From an uncultured Clostridia bacterium (GTDB taxonomy: Bacteria; Bacillota; Clostridia; Christensenellales; CAG-917), in assembly GCA_944332815.1 (NCBI GenBank), contig CALVKQ010000004.1:69319-133318 (forward strand): 64,000 nucleotides of DNA, written 5' to 3'. Below the pieces are notes generated by a model. That model saw only the letters and a list, made by a program, of their open reading frames with translations, did not search any database and had not been told where the DNA came from. Numbering within the stretch: position 1 is the first letter of the stretch; each line of letters opens with the position of its first letter. Shown here piece after piece: positions 58,002 through 64,000 of the stretch. The translations under genes and the position numbers were made by a program.

Positions 58002-59246
58002 ATGAAGGGATTGAAAGGTGCTTGTATGTTCTGCCAGAGCGGCGGACCCACCACGGTCATCAACAGCAGCGCGGCAGGCGTGTTTTTGGAAGCCCTGAAG
58101 CAGGACGCCATCACGGAGGTCTACGGTGCGGAGCACGGCGTCCTCGGTATTTTGCAAGAGAAGTTTTACGACATAGCCAAAGAGGACGTGAACGAGCTCA
58201 AACTGCTGCGGCACACTCCTTCTTCCGCGCTCGGTTCATCCAGATATAAACTCAAAGATTATCTCGAAGACGACACCGACTATCGCAGGCTGCTGGAAGT
58301 TTTCAAAAAGTATAACATCCGCTTCTTCTTCTACAACGGCGGCAACGACAGCATGGACACTTGCAATAAGATAAGCAAGTACATGGAGGATCAAGGCTAC
58401 GAATGCAATGTCATCGGCGTTCCGAAGACCATAGACAACGACCTCTTCGGCACGGATCATTGCCCGGGCTACGCCAGCGCGGCGAAGTATATCGCCACTA
58501 CGGTCATGGAGTGCAACCTGGACGCGAAGGTGTACAACTTCGGTCTGGTGTGCATCATAGAGGTCATGGGCAGAAACGCAGGGTGGCTTGCCGCTTCCGC
58601 CGCGCTTGCGGACGCGAGCGGACTCGGCGCGGACCTTATCTATCTTCCCGAGATACCTTTCAGCATCGAGAAGTTCGTGCAGGACGTGTTCAATGTGTGC
58701 GAACGTAACGAAGGCAAGTGCATCGCCGTCGTCGCCGAAGGGCTCAAAGACGAGAACGGCAAGTATGTCGGCGATTTCAAGGCAGGAGCACACGACCATT
58801 TCGGGCACGCCGCGCTCGGTGGGCTTGCAGGCATCCTCGGAGGGATAATCAAGGAACGTCTGGGCATCAAAGTGCGTCCCATAGAGCTCAGCCTCATGCA
58901 GAGATGCGCCGCGCACCTTGCGTCCGCGATAGACGTGGACGAAGCGTATCAGGCAGGTTCGTTCGCGGTGCGCGCGGCGGTCGCCGGCGAAACGGATAAG
59001 ATGGTCGTGTTCGAACGCGATTATAATGCGGAAACGTATGTCAGCAATCCGGCGCTCGTTTCTCTCGAACATGCCGCGAATGCGGAACGCACCGTGCCCA
59101 AGGAATGGATAGTGGACAACGGCACCGGTATCAGTGAGGAATTCATCAAGTACGCGCTGCCCCTCATCCAGGGCGACGTGAAAGTACCGGAGGAGAACGG
59201 GCTGCCGCGGTTCGCGAAACTCAGAAAGATATACGCAAAGAAGTAA
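58002..59246 (+). CDS. 6-phosphofructokinase-family enzyme (ATP- or PPi-dependent; not distinguishable here)
   Basis: SGGPTTVINSS, GGNDSM, PKTIDNDL, MGRNAGWLA. RBS aaggag lies 8 nt upstream of the ATG at 58002. Confidence 0.85.
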   Translation: MKGLKGACMFCQSGGPTTVINSSAAGVFLEALKQDAITEVYGAEHGVLGILQEKFYDIAKEDVNELKLLRHTPSSALGSSRYKLKDYLEDDTDYRRLLEVFKKYNIRFFFYNGGNDSMDTCNKISKYMEDQGYECNVIGVPKTIDNDLFGTDHCPGYASAAKYIATTVMECNLDAKVYNFGLVCIIEVMGRNAGWLAASAALADASGLGADLIYLPEIPFSIEKFVQDVFNVCERNEGKCIAVVAEGLKDENGKYVGDFKAGAHDHFGHAALGGLAGILGGIIKERLGIKVRPIELSLMQRCAAHLASAIDVDEAYQAGSFAVRAAVAGETDKMVVFERDYNAETYVSNPALVSLEHAANAERTVPKEWIVDNGTGISEEFIKYALPLIQGDVKVPEENGLPRFAKLRKIYAKK

Positions 59247-59250
59247 AGTT

Positions 59251-60594
59251 ATGGACAGACTTCGCACGGGGGATATATTCGAAGGCGCGGTGAGCGACTT
59301 CGGCATGAGCGGAGAGGGCATCGTCAAAGACGGTGCCTATCCCGTTTTTGTGCCCTATGCTCTTTTAGGAGAGCGCGTGCGGCTGCGCATTGTCCACGCC
59401 AAGAAGGATTATGCCTTCGGCGAAGTTATCGAGGTTTTAACTCCGTCAAATGATAGGATAAAACCCAAATGCCGTCATTTCGGCAAGTGCGGCGGCTGCG
59501 ATCTGCAACACATCTCCGCCCCTTTGCAGGAGGAGATAAAGCGGACTTCGCTGGCAAGAACGCTGTCTAAAACGGCGAACGTTTCTCCGGAAATACCTCC
59601 CGTCGTTTGCGGCAGAGAGTGGGAGTACCGCAACAAGCTCGCGCTCCCGTTCGGCAAGGACAGACAGGGCAGGACGGTGCTCGGGTTTTACGCGAAAAGA
59701 TCGCACCGGGTCATACCTCTCAAAGAGTGCCCGTTGCACGGAGAATGGGTGCAGGACGTCATCGCCGCCGTCATGGCATGGGCGGACGCCCACCGTCTTT
59801 CCGTCTATGACGAGGGGACGGGCAGGGGACTGTTGCGCCACGTCGTCGCGCGCTTTTTGACCACACTTTCCGTGGTCGTGGTCGTGAATGCCGACGAGCT
59901 GCCTTATGCGGACGACCTTATGCGAAGGCTTACGGAGAGGCTCGGAGATGTCGCGCTGTACGTTTCCTCCAACAAAGAGGCTACCAACGTCATCTTCGGC
60001 GAGTCCGTCCGCCTTGTCGGAGGGGAGGAGCGCAAACAGCGGCTGGGCTCTTTTTCGGCGTACATTTCGCCCCTCAGTTTTTTGCAGGTCAACGACGAGA
60101 TACGCGACAGGATATACGCGGACGTCTGCGATGAGATCGCAGGCGCAGAGGGCGACATCACGGAGTTGTACTCCGGCGTGGGGTTGCTCACGGCTGAACT
60201 TGCGCTCCGATTGCCCGACGCGCACATCACCGCGGTGGAGATAGTCCCCGATGCGGTGAGAGATGCTAAGAAACTGATGGCGGAACTGGGACTGTCGGAC
60301 AGGGTGAAAGAAGTGTGTGCCGACGCGGCGGAGTATATGGCGTCGGCGGCTCGTGAGCCCGGGCGGCTCCTGGTGCTGGATCCGCCTCGCAAGGGCTGTG
60401 ACGAGAGGGTGCTCTCTGCCGCGGCAGAAGCCGCCTACTCGCGGATAGTCTACATTTCCTGCAACCCTGCAACCCTTGCTCGCGACATAAAGTTCCTCAT
60501 CGCGCACGGTTACAAACTCTCCTCCGTCCGCCCCTATGATATGTTCCCACAGACCATGCACGTGGAAACTTTGGCGGTGCTGGAAAGAGGCTGA
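59251..60594 (+). CDS. 23S rRNA (uracil-C5)-methyltransferase, RlmD/RumA family
   Basis: N-terminal TRAM domain, Fe-S cysteines CRHFGKCGGCDLQH, SAM-MTase motif VLDPPRKG. Confidence 0.88.
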   Translation: MDRLRTGDIFEGAVSDFGMSGEGIVKDGAYPVFVPYALLGERVRLRIVHAKKDYAFGEVIEVLTPSNDRIKPKCRHFGKCGGCDLQHISAPLQEEIKRTSLARTLSKTANVSPEIPPVVCGREWEYRNKLALPFGKDRQGRTVLGFYAKRSHRVIPLKECPLHGEWVQDVIAAVMAWADAHRLSVYDEGTGRGLLRHVVARFLTTLSVVVVVNADELPYADDLMRRLTERLGDVALYVSSNKEATNVIFGESVRLVGGEERKQRLGSFSAYISPLSFLQVNDEIRDRIYADVCDEIAGAEGDITELYSGVGLLTAELALRLPDAHITAVEIVPDAVRDAKKLMAELGLSDRVKEVCADAAEYMASAAREPGRLLVLDPPRKGCDERVLSAAAEAAYSRIVYISCNPATLARDIKFLIAHGYKLSSVRPYDMFPQTMHVETLAVLERG

Positions 60595-60788
60595 CGAAAG
60601 CGCAGACTTGTCGGGGAGGGCGGTTTTGCGGTTTGCCGTAGTCCTGTCCCTGCGGAATGCCCGGAATGGGGGAAAGAAGACGCAGTGATCGAGGTCGTCA
60701 TGGCGACGGGGTTGATTTTGGCGCAGGAAGTGGTAAAATAATATTGTAACGAGCGTGCGCCGCGGACGCGCGGAAATTCGGAGGCGGT

Positions 60789-61208
60789 ATGAAGTATAAA
60801 AGATTCGGTGAAGACATCGTCGCAAGGCTGGAAGTGGGAGAGGAAGTGGTGTCTTCCGTGGCGGAGATCGCCGAGAGGGAAGGAGTCACTTTCGCAAGCA
60901 TGCAGGGCATAGGCGCCGCGGATGAGTTCGTCGTGTCCGTCTATGACGTAAAGGAAAAGAGGTACTACGACAACGAGTTCAAAGAGCCGCTCGAAATGAC
61001 GGGGCTCTCGGGGACGGTGACCGAGCGCGACGGCGCGCCGTATATACACATCCACGCCACGGCAGGCAGAAGGGACGGCAGCGTGGTGGGCGGACACCTC
61101 CGCCGTGCGGTGGTCAGCGCCACATGCGAACTCGTCCTCCACACCGTCTACGGCACCGTGCCGCGCTTCTCCGACGCCGAAACGGGACTTTATCTCATGG
61201 AACTGTGA
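60789..61208 (+). CDS. PPC (DUF296) domain protein
   Basis: LEVGEEVVSSVAEIAEREGV...GTVTERDGAPYIHIHATAGRRDGSVVGGHL is typical of the PPC/DUF296 fold. Confidence 0.75.
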   Translation: MKYKRFGEDIVARLEVGEEVVSSVAEIAEREGVTFASMQGIGAADEFVVSVYDVKEKRYYDNEFKEPLEMTGLSGTVTERDGAPYIHIHATAGRRDGSVVGGHLRRAVVSATCELVLHTVYGTVPRFSDAETGLYLMEL

Positions 61209-61251
61209 CATTCAGTGGCGGAATAGTGCGGAGATCTTGACAATACGGGAG

Positions 61252-61280
61252 GGAGCGGACGTTAAATGTCCGCTCCTTTT
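61252..61280 (+). terminator. Intrinsic terminator after the PPC gene
   Basis: ggagcggac-gttaaat-gtccgctcc-tttt. Confidence 0.75.
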
Positions 61281-61520
61281 GTGTGCGGCGGCGGAGTGGG
61301 ATGAGAATGGTGGGAGAGGGGAGTTGTTTGTGCGGCGACTCGGCGGAAGGAAGGGGCGGAGGACGAGAGGGAAGTGTGTCGGAGAAAAGCGGTGAGTGCG
61401 GCGGAATAGCGCGCGCGGTGGTGGGAGGAGGGTGCCTCGGCGAGGAGAGGGGAGTGAATACGGAGGGGCGGCGGCGAGGAGCGAGGGCGGCGCCGTGCGC
61501 GAGGGGAGAAAAACGACAGA
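61281..61520 (+). other. About 240-bp strongly purine-rich (G>>A, few C/T) intergenic tract
   Basis: By hand I count roughly 35 C in 240 nt, with runs such as ggtgggagaggggag, ggaaggaaggggcggaggacgagaggg and gtgggaggaggg. It lies between a terminator and the next promoter. Confidence 0.7.
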
Positions 61521-61611
61521 TGTTAAAATATCATGAAAGATGGTTGAATAGTATTGAAAGGCGGGCACAAGTATGTTACAATTTAACCATTCTAAAAAAG
61601 GAGAACGTACT

Positions 61612-62880
61612 ATGGCTGATTTCAAGAAGCTCATAGACAACAAAGCGGATAGCGCGCAGTACATGATGGACGAGATCGCGCACATCTGCAAGAACCTGCC
61701 CAAACGCGCTCCCGGCGAAGAGGGCGAGAAACTCGCGTGCGAGTATATGGCGGACGTCCTGAAAAAGGACTGCGGCTGCGAACGCGCGGATGTCGAATCC
61801 TTCAAGGAACATCCTTATTCCTTCCTTGGCTGGATCTATTTCACGGTCACGTTCGCACTGCTCGGCATGTTGCTGTTCTTCTTCATCCCGGCGCTGGGCG
61901 CGGTGCTTATCGGCATCGGGTTCGCGATCATGATCGTGCAGTTCGGTCTTTATAAGAAAGCCATCGACTTCGTGTTCCCCGAAAAGACGGGTCACAACGT
62001 CACTGCCATCAAAAAGTGCAAGGGCGAAGTCAAGGCGCGCATATTCTTCAACGGACACCCCGACGCGGCATGGAACTGGCCCGTCAACAACCGTTTCGGC
62101 GGCAAGGTGTATGAAGCGCACATCGGCACGGGCGTGCTGGGCGCACTCATCTCTCTCATCCTGTGCATAATCGCGGCGGTCGTCACCGAAGGTCAGGTCA
62201 TGGACGTGTTCGAAGTGGAAGCGTACGAACTCATCTACGGCGAAGGGCTCTTCTGGGCAGGCATCGCGCAGCTCATATTCGTCCCCGGGCTCATCGGGAT
62301 GTACTTCATGTGGGATCCCAAGACGACGGTGGACGGCGCCAACGACAACCTCACCGGCTGCTATATGGGCATCGCCATCCTCAAAGCCATGAAAGACGCC
62401 GGCATCGAGCTCGAACACACCGAAGTGGGCGTCATCCTCTCCGGTTCGGAGGAAGCAGGTCTTCGCGGCGCGAAGGCGTGGGTGGAAGCGCATAAGGGCG
62501 AATTCGACGACGTTCCCACCTGGATCTATTCTTACGATACCATCCATGACAGCAAGTTCCTGGGCGTCAATTACCGCGACCTCAACGCCACCGTCAAGGC
62601 GGACAAGGAAGTGAGCGACACCTTCATGGAGAGCGCGAAAGAGCTGGGCATCAAGTGCAACAAGACTCTCGTTCCTCCCCTCGGCGGCGCGACGGATTCC
62701 GCGGCGTTTGCGCAGGGCGGCTATAAGGTGACGGGCATCACCGCGCTTAACCACGTGTTGGAGGATTACTATCACACCCTCAAAGACACCTACACCAACC
62801 TGGACAAGAACTGTCTTGCGGACTGCTACGCGATCAGCGTGAAGTGCCTCGAAAAGTTCGACGCGAAGTTCGGGAAGTAA
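61612..62880 (+). CDS. M28-family metallopeptidase with internal TM helices
   Basis: FFNGHPDAAWNWP and LSGSEEAGLRGAKAWVEAH metal-ligand motifs. RBS aaaggag lies upstream of the ATG at 61612. Confidence 0.75.
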   Translation: MADFKKLIDNKADSAQYMMDEIAHICKNLPKRAPGEEGEKLACEYMADVLKKDCGCERADVESFKEHPYSFLGWIYFTVTFALLGMLLFFFIPALGAVLIGIGFAIMIVQFGLYKKAIDFVFPEKTGHNVTAIKKCKGEVKARIFFNGHPDAAWNWPVNNRFGGKVYEAHIGTGVLGALISLILCIIAAVVTEGQVMDVFEVEAYELIYGEGLFWAGIAQLIFVPGLIGMYFMWDPKTTVDGANDNLTGCYMGIAILKAMKDAGIELEHTEVGVILSGSEEAGLRGAKAWVEAHKGEFDDVPTWIYSYDTIHDSKFLGVNYRDLNATVKADKEVSDTFMESAKELGIKCNKTLVPPLGGATDSAAFAQGGYKVTGITALNHVLEDYYHTLKDTYTNLDKNCLADCYAISVKCLEKFDAKFGK

Positions 62881-62900
62881 GAAAAGTTACATTAATATAT

Positions 62901-62936
62901 CAAACAGCCGACCTCGGTCGGCTGTTTGTGTTTTTC
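62901..62936 (+). terminator. Intrinsic terminator
   Basis: caaacagccgacc-tc-ggtcggctgtttg followed by tgttttt. Confidence 0.8.
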
Positions 62937-63090
62937 CGCGCCCGAGATGGGCGGAAAATATCCTACAAAAAATTCAAATTTTTTTCAAATCAGGTATTGC
63001 CAAACCGCCGAAGTTGTGGTATGTATAAAGTCCGCGGTTTTTTCCGAGGAGAAAAAAACAAGAAAATACAAGCGAAGGAGGTGAGAAGAA

Positions 63091-63960
63091 TTGGCAGATC
63101 GGGATCGCAATGGCGGCTATGAAAACACGGTGCTCCTTGTCAAGGATGCGAAAGCCTATTTCGGAGCCGTCAAACGTTTCATCGAGAGGACGGACAGGCT
63201 GAACGCCGAGGCGGATGACAGCCGCTTTATCAAGCGCGCCCGTTTCGAGTTCGACAAGTTTTACCGTGCCTCCGCAACGGAGCGGACGAGCCGGCAGGAA
63301 AAGCCGGAAGAGGTCTTTTCCGTCTACAAGTGCAAATGCAGCAAAGATGTCTTCGGGAAAAGAGCAGGTGCCGCCGAAGGGGCACCGGAAGGCTCCGCTT
63401 TCGTCTGGGCGAACGAACTCACAGGCGACGGCATTTTCGGCGCTTTTGACGACGCGCCGTTGCCGTCCGAAGATACGTCTGACAAAGCGCAGGCGAACAA
63501 GACCCGTAAAAAAGGGAAGGAGGGGAAAAGAACTTTCGAATCGGCGGAAGACTTTGCAAACAGGTTAGGCGCGTATTTGCGTGAGGAACGCGGCGGCAGG
63601 AACGCGTTTTGCGATAAGGTGTCCTACTTCATCGAAAAGAAGGGCTACGAAGACCACGTCATGGTGTATCTCAACGCAGGGCTCAGCCGTCAGGACTTTT
63701 CGCGCATCATGTCGCCCGGCGCAAAAGTGAGCAAAAAGTTCGTTTGGAGCATGGCGATAGGGCTGCATCTGGACCTGGACGAGGCGGACGAACTGCTCCA
63801 CAGCGCAGGTTATTACAGGACGAAGCGCGGATTGGACGGCGTTATGACGTTTTCTCTCGCGAACGGTGTGTACGACATTTACCTCATCAACTATTCGCTG
63901 GAGAAACTGGATCTGCCTCTTCTCTCGCACAAGACTATCCCTCCTCAACGCGTGAGGTGA
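63091..63960 (+). CDS. Hypothetical protein with a C-terminal XRE-like HTH module (289 aa, TTG start)
   Basis: A strong RBS aaggaggtg lies 7 nt upstream of the TTG at 63091. The C-terminal LSRQDFSRIMSPGAKVSKKFVWSMAIGLHLDLDEADELLHSAGYY resembles the clostridial HTH ...LL..AGY family. Confidence 0.6.
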   Translation: MADRDRNGGYENTVLLVKDAKAYFGAVKRFIERTDRLNAEADDSRFIKRARFEFDKFYRASATERTSRQEKPEEVFSVYKCKCSKDVFGKRAGAAEGAPEGSAFVWANELTGDGIFGAFDDAPLPSEDTSDKAQANKTRKKGKEGKRTFESAEDFANRLGAYLREERGGRNAFCDKVSYFIEKKGYEDHVMVYLNAGLSRQDFSRIMSPGAKVSKKFVWSMAIGLHLDLDEADELLHSAGYYRTKRGLDGVMTFSLANGVYDIYLINYSLEKLDLPLLSHKTIPPQRVR

Positions 63961-64000
63961 GCCCGACGGAACGGGCGGTAAGGTACGGCGAAAAAATGCC

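Noticed and set aside
61212-61805. 197-aa minus-strand ORF across the purine-rich tract.
   Set aside because: Its Pro/Ser/Leu/Arg low-complexity translation is simply the complement of a G/A-rich tract. It runs through a terminator and a promoter and into the start of the M28 peptidase gene.

Overview
GC-rich chromosomal segment with Firmicutes/Clostridia-type gene content (addAB, degV, luxS, a spoIVFB-like M50 protease, type-2 galT, ROK glucokinase). Almost all of it is housekeeping: uvrB-uvrA; a cadC-like ArsR / HMA / P1B-type ATPase metal operon; two paralogous fused ABC-ATPase/FtsX-permease genes; tcdA-THUMP methyltransferase-dtd; a Na/Pi-cotransporter-response regulator-histidine kinase operon; minD-minE-M50 protease; a radical-SAM TIGR03960/TIGR03936-RNase G cluster; galT/galK-lgt-pncB; addB-addA; luxS, pfk and rlmD-like genes. 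I saw no tRNA, rRNA, CRISPR array, transposase, integrase, prophage or recognisable defence genes. Many long ORFs in the supplied track are antisense shadows of these genes. One real gene, an acyl-CoA synthetase at 1..1125 on the minus strand, is missing from the track because it runs off the window edge. The unusual content is non-coding. (1) Three loci carry a modular family of hairpin-forming repeats: 10381-10760 (inverted), 28336-29305 and 39807-40644. The last two share a 250-nt core that differs at only 2 positions, and several stems show compensatory changes between copies. (2) A 280-bp MITE-like element with 25-nt terminal inverted repeats is present twice (10814-11093 and 33480-33760); the second copy supplies the last codons and stop codon of the M50 protease gene. 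I could not match either family to a known RNA or mobile-element family from memory, and they are my best candidates for something undescribed. All calls come from reading the sequence and translations; no database search was run.
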